Assembly (NCBI GenBank): GCA_051362555.1
Contig: CM120640.1
Coordinates: forward strand, 56,584,788-56,648,787
Direction: 5' to 3'
Length of the DNA: 64,000 nucleotides
Source: Lingula anatina
Lineage: Eukaryota; Animalia; Brachiopoda
The notes under the pieces were generated by a model. That model made no database searches. It saw nothing but the letters and a program-made list of their open reading frames with translations, and had not been told where the DNA came from. Shown here piece after piece: positions 25,963-38,900 of this stretch. Position numbers and translations under genes: made by a program. Each line of letters begins with the position of its first letter. The first letter of the stretch is position 1.

Positions 25963-26181
25963 ATTAAAGACTGAAAAGGTTAATTAATGGAATTAATTTT
26001 GAAAGAATACTGTTCTATTCATTCTTACGTGTATTGGCAATAACACAGTTGAGCTCATATTACAGTATATAAAATTGTGAATGCATGTTTACTCACAAAA
26101 CTTGGAATGTCAATTTAACAAAGACAATGTATAAACTTAACAAAGACAGAAATGTAAAATTTACTTAAAACAATGGATATT

Positions 26182-29100
26182 TCACAACTCAGTTTTAGGA
26201 TGCTTATAAATATTTGCAAGTTTCATCGCATCAATTACCAGCTTTCTGAACTCTTTTGTTTCCACAGTTGTGTCAGAGTTGGCTCTGTACACATCTCTTG
26301 GTGCTTCAACTGTTAGTTCTTTGTGAGAATTATGCCACTCCAGGTATCCACCTCTCGCTTTTAGGATTTCTCCAAATTGCTTAAAGTTTAAAGAAGCATT
26401 GTATGGAACCAACTGTACAGCGACACTGCCCTCCGGGAGAAAGATACCATTCATGAGACCTGCTCCATTCATGCCTATGAGAACTGCATAGTTCTGAACC
26501 AACTGTAGCTGTTCTTGAACAGTCTTACCACCAAATTCAATCAAGTACAATTTTGTGATATCTTTCACAGACTTCACAAGCTCTTTTTCATTCAGAATCC
26601 TCCGTCGATTTGCCCTGAAATGACCATGGAAGCTGATTAATGCAGTCTTGAATAACATTCAATAACAAAATTCAAAACAAAGATGAATTGCAACAATTAT
26701 AACTATGTCTGACCTATTGCTGGCTCCCAAACTTGAACTGGAACATTGAGTATACCAGTGGGTGACATTTTGTCTTTTTTGTATACAAAGACAAGAAATC
26801 AAAATTTTATGTGCATGGACTACTTGTGGTAGTTCTCAGTAGAGTCCTACTGTGCATCAAGATGATGACAAATTTTGTTTGCAAAAAAAAAAAAAAAATT
26901 ACTCTGCCCGATTTGCCACATTTTTGTCTTAACTTGTCCTGAACTACTGTAGTGACATCAACGGGTGGGTGGAGTCCATCACTTAGTAAAAGGTCAATTA
27001 CGAATCACACCTCATCATCTCTCACACTAATTTGAAATGATAATTCCTACATGCCTACCTTGATATCAGTCCTACTTTCCTTGGTTTAGTTGGCGTTGTC
27101 ACATGGAGCATGGTTCTCATATAATTGACATAATTAAAAACCAAATATTTATCATTCCAGTCATACCTGGGAGTCTGAAAAAAAAAAAAAAAAAAAAAAC
27201 AATATGGAATTTTATTTTCATTTTTTTTTCATTTTTAAATGGGGGGGTCTTTGACAAAAAAGCAATGCAGATTTAAGATTGAAGCATGTCTCGGTCAACT
27301 CTACAGTGGTGTTTTAACAAAATTTAAAAAATGCGATAAATTGGCAATCCCATCTTCCGAACTTGTTTTTTTTATGCAGAACATACAATTTACACTGTAG
27401 GATTATCTGCATGATGTCTTTTAACCTGTGTTAGTAGTGATAACAAGGTTTTGTATGTTTTGGTGGCAGAGACAGCTAGCGAAGCCAGTGACAGCTTCAG
27501 GGAAAATAAACTGGCAGTATATTTAATCATGACCTTACCCCAAAATATATTTCCTTAAAACAGATCTTGGTTTCTTTCTTAACAAAATCTTTCTGGAGTG
27601 GTTTCATGTTATAGTCACCTGTTAAAAGCTGTAAAAGATTGTTAAATAAATTAATTGATCACAAATCATTGTATTTGAAAACTAATTTTATGAAAACATT
27701 TGTTGGATCATTAAATCATGCTTCAAACATCCATAACATTTTTAATTCTTAATAAGCACAAAAAAGTAAAAATCACCAATCTGTCATGTTTAAGTGATTC
27801 TTCATGATTCAGCATAGATGATAACAATTCAAATCAAAGGTTAAGAATAACACACTACTATGTATATATAGTAACTATTATGCATATATACTATAATACA
27901 GTACCTGCATCAACTGCATCCAATACTTGTTTTCATTCTGAAATGCTGGGGTTTCCCAATTAATTTTCTTTAAAATAATGGAGAAAAAAAGAATTTAAAA
28001 TAGCTGCTTAATTGTGTTCTTATTTTCAAATCACCCTCAACTCTATCCATTATTCAAATACTGTGATATATGTAAAATTGGCTCACCCACTCAGCATAGG
28101 TAAAATGGCAGTATGTGTATTATTTTACTGTAACTTTAACTTTTTTAATGATCTTTTCTTCTTTTAATTCAACACCTATTCAAAAATTCAAATAATGCAA
28201 TAAATCTGCATCTAATGAAAAATGACATTTTTATGCCCCCATTTATCAAAATACCAAAAGATGTGTGGCTATCAGATGTATTATTGATCATGCCAACAGC
28301 TAGACCACAATGTGCAGTTTGAAGCATCAAGGTCATGGCAGTCAGTTAAATTTCCTTTTGTTAAACACAGGTGTCAGACTATAATGGAGAGTTAGTGTAT
28401 TAAGGTAATTATTCTTTCCAGGTGTCTGCAGATCATGTCAAAAACCCTCTTCAGATGTGACATATTTATTAAAATTAATATCTTCATCAATATGCCTGTT
28501 ATACAGAGGTACAGTGTACTTGAGATTGAACTCAATGTTTCTTTATCTTTATCAGACTTAACTGTTAGCTTACATTTACTGTCCAGGTAATCTTTTCAAA
28601 AGTTTTATTCAGTGAATAATGTAAAATTCCAAAAATCTAAAAAATAAAAGTCATTCTGAGGTTTAACAGTTCAAACATACAGGTGGACACAGGGAGAGAG
28701 GGGGGGGGGGGCGGGGGTATCTTCAAACCAATTAAAAGGTTCAGCACTCATCTGTCTCAAAATGGAGAGAAAAGACAGATATCATATCCACAGAACTATT
28801 CCAAAATGCCCCAAAGTGTACCATACTTTCCAAAATTTATTTGCAAGAAGGGTGAAGAGTATTCTCCTTTCAAATTACACTAACACATTATATTAAATAT
28901 GTAATCTTTATAATTACCATGATACATTTATATGATTAGATATTCAACATTGGTCAAATCGTGAAAACAGATAAAGAAAAGTTCATGCACTTCTGACAGA
29001 ATGATGAGGTTATTTGATAAGAATATTTCAACTGATTTTTTAAAATCATTTGGCAAGATATGAACAGTTTTTCTATTTTGGTATAAACAAGTTAATGAAT

Positions 29101-29609
29101 TGACTGAATAAGGGAAACCTCTTTAACATGTAATAAATGAAACTCACCTTCAGTCTTGAACTTTCCACAGAAGGCATCAACAGGGTAGTTTTACGTCCAG
29201 TTTTTGATATGTCATGATACATTACAGAAAATAATGGTAACATCATGTCCCAGTGTAAATGGAAGTAGTTACTATTGCCTCCATAAAAATACATTGTAAA
29301 GACATAACCTACATCATACGTTTCTGTGCAAGTTATATCATCAATCTGTCCATCAAATGCTTGCACATCCCAAACTAAATCTGTTATTGAACAAGTTTTC
29401 TTGTATGTATTGATCACATCATTTCCACCATCATTGATGAGAAAGGACTGTGAGCTTCCATCAAGTACCACATTTGTTATTTTACAAAATGCTCCAGGAT
29501 AGTGTCCATAAGAAGCTGAAACTTCTGAAGGTCTCAATATTACAGCAACCCCAGGGTACAGGAATATCAACAGCTCCAACAAAAGAACCTGTCTGTCTGC
29601 TCTGCTCAT
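26182..29609 (-). CDS. Glycosyltransferase family 61 protein (EOGT/POMGNT2-like), ER-luminal
   Basis: Exons 29609-29148, 27967-27905, 27628-27539, 27174-27059, 26614-26182. Hydrophobic N-terminus; NYFHLHWDMMLPLF; GLISRANRRRILNE; EQLQLVQNYAVLIGMNGAGLMNGIFLP; YLEWHN; C-terminal KTEL (KDEL-like). Confidence 0.88.
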
Positions 29610-29718
29610 CTTAACTTGCACAAGTGACTAAGCCGTATAGAGTGAAAAAGTTGATGGGCAGTCAGTCTGAGTAAGTCAGTAACATATATATATATATACA
29701 TATCAAGGCAATGCTTTA

Positions 29719-29944
29719 GACTGGGTTTCCACAGATTTAGATCGATCCATCTGGATCGACCTAACTCCCTGGGGGTTCACGCTTAATTACTGTCAGCTTC
29801 CAGGAGCCGAGCGTGCACAAAAGTTAATTACCCCCTTACAGCTTTTAGTAGGCGGGACAGATATTTAAGCTGGTTAAGCTGACTGCAATCTAGTGAGACT
29901 CCCCAGGAGGATAGATTGATCTAAATATCTGTGGGAATGGTCTC
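29719..29944. mobile_element. MITE family A, copy 2 (reverse orientation)
   Basis: Same TIR and core as 4805-5016; flanked by tta / taa; paralogous empty site at 32271-32325. Confidence 0.85.
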
Positions 29945-30145
29945 TAAGTGTAGGCAATGTGTGGCTAAGGCACGGGAATTTGAAATATAAAAGTGTATAT
30001 TGTAACTATATGAAGTCTTTTGATGCAGGTATGATTTGCATATTTCATGCAGCCATATTAATAAAATGTTCAATTGATTTTTTCCTTAAGTCCATCAAGG
30101 TATTTTTTTCATTTTTTGAGAAACAAAGAGACTAATTCTAATTCT

Positions 30146-31350
30146 AACAAGGCAGCAAAGCTGTCAAATGTACAGACAAAAAGCAGAAAATAATAATGCA
30201 CAAAATAGGCTACTGTCAATTCTGATGCAATAATCAACATCAAATTTTAATTATGCACAACAGGTATTACTGATATAAGTAAAATGTGTAACTGGCATAA
30301 GGCTTCAGGCCCATGAGAGTTCAAGTTCACACTTTAAATTGCCAGAATGAGAAAAATGAAAATTTCACAAAAAATGCACGATTTCCATAAAAAGATGATA
30401 ATCCAATAGAACTGGTTTTCTAATTTGAGCTGTATGTCAATCCTAGGAATCATTCTTGGAAGTTAAAAAAATAATAAGTAACACAGTTTTCTTCACATAA
30501 CATTAGTGGTGGCAGTCCACAAAGTAGGTTTTTTGTCAATTTTGATGCAGTATTACATAATGATAAACAGTATTATTACCACCAATTTTTAATTATCTAC
30601 TATAAATAACATGGACATTTAGAAAATGTGATTATCATTCAGCCTCAAGCCCATTGGAGTTCTAAGTTCTACACTGAAAATACCAATATGTGAAAAATGA
30701 AAATTTCACAAGAATGTATAACTTCCAGACAAAGAAGCTAACTTGACTCTTTTCCAACTCAGGCTGCATTTTAGTCTTATGTTTCTTCTTTGTAAGTTTG
30801 AGAATCATAAGTAACATGATTTTCCTTTAATGGTCATGGTGGCAGTGCACAAAATAGGGTTTTCTTCACTTTTGATGCAGCATTACAGAACATAATGCTT
30901 AACAACATAATGACCATTCATTTTTAACAATAAAATATAAGTATCATGGATATTCAGAAAATGTGACTAGTAAAAGTCTTCAAGCCCATGGAGTCACACC
31001 TTAAAAAATGGAAATATGTGGAAAATGAAAATTTCACCAAAAAAAGTATAACTTCTAGAAAAATTAACGAATCAGACTGGTTTTCCAATTGAAGATTTAT
31101 TTTAGTCCTATGTTTCTTTCCTGTAAGTTTGAGAAGAAAAAGTGGCATGGTTTTCCTTTAATGGTCACTATGGCAGCAGTGCCCAAACAGGGTTTTCTTC
31201 AATTTTGATGCAATATTACATAATGCTTAACAGCATAATCACCACCAATCTTTAATTATGCACTGTAGGTAACATGAATATTTAGAAAATGTGACCAGCA
31301 AAGGTCTTCAGGCAAGGAAGGAACTTCTAAGTCACACCTTGAAAACGCCA
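30146..31350. repeat. Degenerate tandem array, ~330-bp period, part of a dispersed repeat
   Basis: tgatgca motif at ~30222, 30541, 30871, 31204; gaaaatgaaaatttcac at ~30351, 30692, 31021; ttagaaaatgtga recurs with the same period. Confidence 0.7.
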
Positions 31351-31801
31351 AAATGTAAACAAGAGATAACTGTTACGTGCTGAAATAAGTTTATTTCCAT
31401 TTTCAACATTTTTTACATAAAACAAAATAACCCACTTACTTTCATTTTTATATGATCAAATTGTTGAGATGGGAAAAATATCTATAGAACAACTTTAAAT
31501 GTCCAATTTGCTCCATTCTGAGATTCTGAAAATAGTAAATGATTGACATCCATGTCTGTACATAAAAAGTCGGCAAAGTAAAATACAACAAATTAAAGCA
31601 TGACATCAAAAGTAGTCTATTCAGTTTCCACGTGTGCAAGTATGGCAACAAACATTTTTATTTGTAACAGTGGGGGCTGCAGATTAATTATGCAAGTGGC
31701 AAGTACATACATCATCAACTGCATGAATAAATAGCCTCAACTAGAGTGTACCAAGTAACTTACTAGTAATGACAAGCAACCAGCTAATGATATACCTCTT
31801 A

Positions 31802-32003
31802 GACCCCATTCCCACGGATTTTAGATCGATCTATCCCTGTGGGGAATCTCACTAGATTACGGCTTAAGCGTCTGTCCCGCCTACTATAAGCTGTAAGGGG
31901 GTAATTAACTACCATGCACGCTCGGCTGACATCAATTTAGCATCAACCCCCAGGGAGTTAGGTTGATCTAGATGGATCGATCTAAATCTATGTAAATGCA
32001 CTC
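31802..32003. mobile_element. MITE family A, copy 3
   Basis: gaccccattcccacggattttagatcgatc ... gatcgatctaaatctatgtaaatgcactc; TTA on both flanks. Confidence 0.85.
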
Positions 32004-32698
32004 TTAGTATTTCAATTGTAAGGTTAACAACTTGTCAATGGGCAAATTTATCAATTTTTATATACTGATAGCATTTGTGGTGCTTTTACTGACTAGAATA
32101 GAACTATAGGGTAGCCTGTTTTTCAATGTTGTTGCTGCATGTACCAGTCGCTAGAGATGTTCTTATTTAAAAATCGGTCTATAAAATTCTCATTGCCCCC
32201 CCCCCCCCCCCCTTCTCCCATTGAAAAGATCAAGTCACTGCCATAATTGCTTCACAGGACTCCCACTGTGTATCAAGGCAATGCTAAAGTAAAGGCAATG
32301 TGTGGCTAAGGCACAGAAATTTGAACTGTTTTTAATCTCAAACAGATCTAAGACTTAATGTTAGATTTCAAGTTGCTATGTGCCATATGTATATAAAAAT
32401 AAATGATCATGCTTTCTTTTAAAACAGGCAACAAACGTTTTAACATGAGGTTTTGCCACAGGATTGCAGAAGAGTATGTGCACTTATAATTTACATTAAA
32501 AGATGCTTTGAGAGAAATTCTATTAAGTTATTTATAGATTATTTGTGGGTTTTGTTAATGTCTACTTTTAGATATAAATTCAATTTCCTGATTCTAAGCT
32601 ACTAGAACAGATACATGGAAACTTTTTAGCAATTTACGCTTTTTGAGGTCCATAATTGCTCTCATGCAGTGGCACATCAGATGCATATCAGAAATCGT

Positions 32699-32875
32699 AA
32701 ATTTGGGGAAAAACTAATTTTACAATTTTTTGTTAGGCCTTCCCTCCTCTTGTTCCCCATTCAGGACTAAAATGTTTCACCAGCATGTCAGATTTTTTTG
32801 AGGAAATTTGGGGAAAAACTAATTTTATAATTTTTTGTTAGTCTTGTTCTTAGCCCTCCTCTTGTTCCTCATTCA
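32699..32875. repeat. Short tandem duplication (~105-bp period)
   Basis: aaatttggggaaaaactaattttac/taatttttttgttag...ccctcctcttgttcc.cattcag occurs twice. Confidence 0.7.
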
Positions 32876-34248
32876 GTGTATGTTAGGATGTCAAGTTCTA
32901 TTGCATACCAGTATGATTTGGAAGATATACATTGTATTAATTTGTATTTTCCCATATTGCATGCATCTGTGCCCCAAAATTCTTCACATGCACATTTACT
33001 CTGCTTGGGAAAATCCTGGCATCAAAATGTAAACTGTGTGTTCATGCATTCTAGCTCCTTTTCTTATTGTGTAACAAATTTCAGGTTCTTGTGACATTAT
33101 ATATAGGGGGTGAAAACCAAGTGGGGGTCTGAAAAAAAAAAAAAAAAAAAAAAGACAGACATGGTGGCACTAAAAACCTAAATGAGACAGATCAAGAATT
33201 TTAACGGTTTATTCGGGGGCAGGTATGTAGCTATCTGTGTGTAAAATTTCAAGTCTCTAACTTATTAGGAAAAAATCATGTGCGGACCCTACCAAGCCTC
33301 GGTCTTTCGAACTGACGGGACGCACCTGTCGTTGCCACAAACAGTCACACCAGTCGTGTCACTTTGTTTGGCTGTCCTGACCGTGGAGTGAACATTAACA
33401 AAGAGTCTAAGCCATTATTAGGAGCAGTCTTGTTCTTAGCCCAGAGTGAATGAAAAAGATCAACTGCAAAAATAAAAATAAATAAAGTAAAAAATAAAAC
33501 GGCGTCTAGAGAGCAAAAAACGGAAACTGACACAATTCTTCCTCCTTATTCAGAAGATTAAAACCATGCTCTACAGATTTAGGCTGAGAAAGTGTCCTGC
33601 TTAGTCCGTGTAATAACCATGTTACTTTAACTCGGAGGAGACTGATGAAACTCTGCACTAGGGTCAGTTTAGGGTCACCTTGTATCCTCGAGAAATGCTT
33701 TTATAAATGCAAAATACTTATAACGTCAACAGTACCCAAAATGCTATCCTCAGTGGGTTGTCTTCAGTGGGTATGGACGCCCGCTGAGGCTAAAGAGCTT
33801 ATAATATGTTTAGGGTAATATTTGTTCGAGATTAGTTTCCTGCCTGGTTTGTTTAAAGGTACTTGAACTCTTAGCAGGGGTACATCCCTGCCCTTTTCAG
33901 GCTAGGGTAATTATATCTATGAAACTCTTTGAAAGATATGGTGGGGGAAAGCTGAGGTAGCGCTAGCAATTTATTTGCTGAGCCAAATCACTATTTATTC
34001 ATTACTTTTTTCTTTCTCTAAATAGACTAAAACAATTCAAATCAATCATATTTTGTTTAGCCAAATTCAGGACTTGACAGCTCCTAACATTTGCATCACT
34101 TGCTTCGCACAAGTGATTTCTTTGGTCAGGCAGCTACAATTTCTAAAAGTCCTACTTGCCCAAAAAATGTGACTTGTTTGGACCCTTCTGTACTGTATAA
34201 TGTTACCATCACTTCAGCAGTATTTTTTAATTAGTACCCCATGAGTAA

Positions 34249-34440
34249 GAGTGCATTCTGAACAGTAGACTTACAGATCTGGGGATCAAATATGGCAATT
34301 AACCCACTGAAAAGTTTGCTGCTTAATTCCCAATCAGATGCTGAATAGATTTCCCACAGGGATTATTATGCAACAAGTATTCAAGTGGGCTGGCCATATT
34401 TGATTCACAGATCTGTTAGTCCGCTGTCCTGAATGTGCTC
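34249..34440. mobile_element. Palindromic MITE related to family B
   Basis: gagtgcattc..acagatctg..atcaaatatggc inverted as gccatatttgat..cagatctgt..gaatgtgctc; aaatatgg motif shared with 16068 and 25263 elements. Confidence 0.65.
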
Positions 34441-34554
34441 AATAAGGCATTTTGTGATGTTTTAAGTTCAATCATTATCACTTGTACCTGATTAACACAT
34501 GCTTTTGAATTCCAGTTTTTTCATAATTGCAGGTGAATGCTGTTTGGTGCTAAA

Positions 34555-35884
34555 ATGATGGAAGGATTTGGTATCAAAGATGTTGGATATGTTGGGCCTG
34601 TTACTTCATTACAGTTTTATAATGAATATCTCCTTGCAGGTTGGTTAAATACGATCGATTTGGTCATTGTAACCAAAAAATAAGCATCTCCGTTATTTCT
34701 GCTTGTCAACCAGTTATAATATGTGCTGAAATCATAGACCCCTTGGAGAAGGCCCTACAGTAAATGGACTTCTGCAGAAGTAGGAGAATTATTGACATGA
34801 GTTGTTTGCCATTGCATAAGATAAAAACTACTGTCCAGATATGTATTTAAAGTGGAAATTTAAGTGGAGATTTTGATCTCAAATGTAATTGTAGAGTATT
34901 TTGGGCAGGTAACAAGCCGGGACATACTTGTTACATTCAGAAGTTCTATAACGGTGGCCTTCAAACAGGATTTAACAGGATCAATCCATCTCCAAGGGTT
35001 TTTTTTGCTAAATTGCTTTCAGTTTAAGTGACTTAGATATCTGGCACGCATACTGAAGCTGTTTAACGATAATTAATTCGTTACCCCCTTAGCAGCTTTA
35101 TTAGGCATGACGGACATCTAAACCACTTAAGTTGATTGCAATTTAGCAAGAATCCTTCGCGTATAGATTGATCCACAGTATGTATGACAGGGTCTGGGAA
35201 TGGTTCCTTAGCATTGTCAACAGCAAAAAAGGTCAGCATTTCAGCAGTGTGTGCAACTTGGTGAGGTAAAAGAAAGATTTAAGAGCTCCAGGATTCAGGT
35301 TGACGTGCTAACTGAATGCTGTTTAACAGTTACATGCATCTATATCTACATCATTCATGCATTAGCACATACAATGCATATCAAGAGTGTAAATAGGAGT
35401 GTTATGCATTTATTGTTTTTATATAGTATTGTTCAAAATATATATCACATATTTAAAATGTTGATGGCTATAACAGTATATGTGATTTTAGGTCAAGGAC
35501 CAAACATTTTGGTATTTGACACAAAGATGAACTCCATGGTTTATAAAGAGCAGATGCTTTTCCCTGCTGTAGTACATGGAATTCAAATAGGTACAGTACG
35601 TACATGTGAAATGTATTACATGCTGTTATTGCAAATTAGAATAAATTCAAAAGTTTTAAAGAATTTATGCATACTAATAAATGAAAAAATAAAATATTGA
35701 TTTTCTGACTTTATGTGGCTGCATGGATTGTAAATTTGACAAAATTATTTAAATATATAAACTGTAAACTTGTTTTCTGTTTGCTCTATGACCAGAAAAA
35801 AGAACCACCTGTGTGTTTGGTCAGAAATCGTGCAGAGTGCTTCAGATATCCGGAGAAGAAGATTATATGTTGAGGTGAGTAATG

Positions 35885-35939
<55 letters not shown>

Positions 35940-38900
35940 CTGAAAGAGAGTCAGATACTCTCAGTACAGAAAATATATCTTGATTACAATCATTTTATTG
36001 TCTGAAGAGCCTGAAACAGGTGAAAACGTTTATGATGATTAATTAACTTTTCCAATCATTATGTGACTTGTTTTGACTAAAAAAAAAAATTATATTATAT
36101 TATATTATATTATATTATATTATATTATATTATATTATATTATATTATATTATATTATATTATATTATATTATATTATATTATATTATATTATATTATAT
36201 TATATTATATTATATTATATTATATTATATTATATTTTTGGGGTTCTGACCTAATCCCTGGATGTATTTTCTCTGTGAAGAGGAGAAATAATTAATTATG
36301 CTTTTAGAAAGTGAAGATAATGAAGATTTCACAACTTGCAGAGTTTTCTCCTTTAAATTACTGGCTTAGATTATATAATTTTTTTTAAAGATTGGACAAA
36401 CTAACAGATGTTTGTGAACTTGAAGATTGGATCTGGGATGTGGCATGGATGTCCAATGGTAAGGTAAGGACTATGCAGGTGGATTTGCAGGTAATCATGA
36501 GTTTTTATAGTATGGTAGATGTACCACTACAGTTGACAGTCATGATGTGTGTAGTGTGGTAGATGTACCACTACAGTTGACAGTCATGATGTGTGTAGTG
36601 TGGTAGATGTACCACTACAGTTGACAGTCATGATGTGTGTAGTGTGGTAGATGTACCACTACAGTTGACAGTCATGATGTGTGTAGTGTGGTAGATGTAC
36701 CACTACAGTTGACAGTCATGATGTGTGTAGTGTGGTAGATGTACCACTACAGTTGACAGTCATGATGTGTGTAGTGTGGTAGATGTACCACTACAGTTGA
36801 CAGTCATGATGTGTGTAGTGTGGTAGATGTAACACTACAGTTGACAGTCATGATGTATGTAGTGTGGTAGATGTAACACTACAGTTGACAGTCATGATGT
36901 GTGTAGTGTGGTAGATGTACCACTACAGTTGACAGTCATGATGTGTGTAGTGTGGTAGATGTACCACTACAGTTGACAGTCATGATGTGTGTAGTGTGGT
37001 AGATGTAACACTACAGTTGACAGTCATGATGTGCATAGTGTGGTATGTAGATGTACCACTGCAGGTGAATTGGCAGACAGTCATTACTAGAGAATAATGT
37101 GACAATTAAATGATGACAGTGTAGATATTTACCATGAAAGACTTTGCTATTTCCTGTTTAGTATTTTCTTCATTTAATTGAAGCATTCATTGTTAAGTTA
37201 TTTTACATTGAAATTTGCTATACAGAAGGGCTTGATGTTGCCTGTTTTTTCCCAGATCAAACTGTTTTGTTTACCATTCAACCACTTCATTTTAGTCAAC
37301 ACTTACCCTGGCACTTGCTCTGGGACATAATGTTGTTCTACATTGGGACTGGCAGAGGAACACAATTCTTCACAGGGTGAAATGTGAAGAGAAATGCATT
37401 TTGTATCCTTTTTTTAAATAAAAGATCATAAAAATCATGCAAACATTAACAAAGAATAAAGAAATTTAAGAAAACATAAATTTGCAGTTTGCAAACTAGA
37501 AAATGATTTATTTTCCAGTTGAAAAAGGATTTATATGTGCATATTTAGACACCTTATTTTTTAAATAGGTATTTATAATTCATAGAAATTGAGAGGTTCT
37601 TAACAACATTTGAAGATATTCTGCTAGATTTATCGGTCACACATGGAGTGACCTGGTCTTAGCAGCAGGTACAGTGTTTAACCAAGTTGTCCTATGGCCA
37701 GTCTGTGGTCAACAAAATAAAGAGGGTCATCAGAAGGTCATTCATAGACTATCTGGTCATGAGGTAAGTTAAAAGATTAAAAAATAACTTTTTTTATCTT
37801 GTATAATAAGATTAGTTGTCACATTTCACTCTTGTACTAAGGCATTTAACAATATCTGTTAAGAATTGAATGTCATGTTAATTTTTTTCTTTTAATTGTT
37901 TGATGTTTTTCTTCTTTGCAGGGTGTCATTTTCTCCATTGCTTTCAGCAACCATAATATGTGTCTTTGTTCCGTCTCTGATGATCGCAGTATCAGGATAT
38001 GGCAACTATGTGTAATACCTGAAGGGCAAACTGACGGAAGATTGTCCTTAAACTCTAAAGGTCTTACAGGTGCAGCAATAGACCAGAACTCCAAAAGATG
38101 CACAGATGGAAATTTGACTATGCCAGGTCATTTCAGAAAGAAGGAAATCCCCATGGATGTCTGGTGCAGGATGCAGTATGAGTTGAAACATGTTATGTAT
38201 GGCCACAGTGCACGTGTGTGGGATGTCAAGCTACTCAGGGAATTGCTGGTCACTGTGGGAGAAGTAAGTTTGATGGTTTGAAAGTAAGGGTGATCCATTT
38301 TGGTTTTAAATGAAGAATTAATGTATTTGTGATATCAGTTTCCAAACTTGGAGATTTGTTTTATGTATTTCAGAATCTTTGAAAACATAAAAAATCATTG
38401 ACATTTTTCTGTTAATGTTTCTGGTTTATTTTTAGGATTCAACCTGCTTGGTTTGGAATTATGAGGGCCAAGTTTTACAAAAATTCAAAGGACACAAGGT
38501 GGAATATTTCAGATTGTGTTTGCCTGTAAACTGTTATTACACAGCATTTTAAAAACCACATCAAGTAACACATAATGTGAATGTGTTGCAATACAGCTTG
38601 TTAATTTTGATGAAAAGTTTTGATCTGGATTTTTTCAAAAATTTAGGTGTATGTAAGCTTCTTTTGTGTAATAATCATTTGTCACTTAAATGCATTTGTC
38701 ATTTAATGATTTTTTAAGGGCAAGAGCATATGGAGTTTGGCAGTAAATGAGACAGACTCTTTAGTGGTATGTATTCAAGGCAAACCTAAATCATGGTAAA
38801 TAACATACATGTAGAATTCGGCCAAAACTATTAAAATGAGACACTTTCTCCAATTACTGAACATTCTTTGCAGTTAAAAATGTGTCAGTTTTGCAGGGAA

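Noticed and set aside
36513-37062. CRISPR-like array of palindromic repeats
   Set aside because: Units are contiguous and near-identical with no unique spacers, there are no cas genes, and it lies in a eukaryotic intron: a minisatellite.
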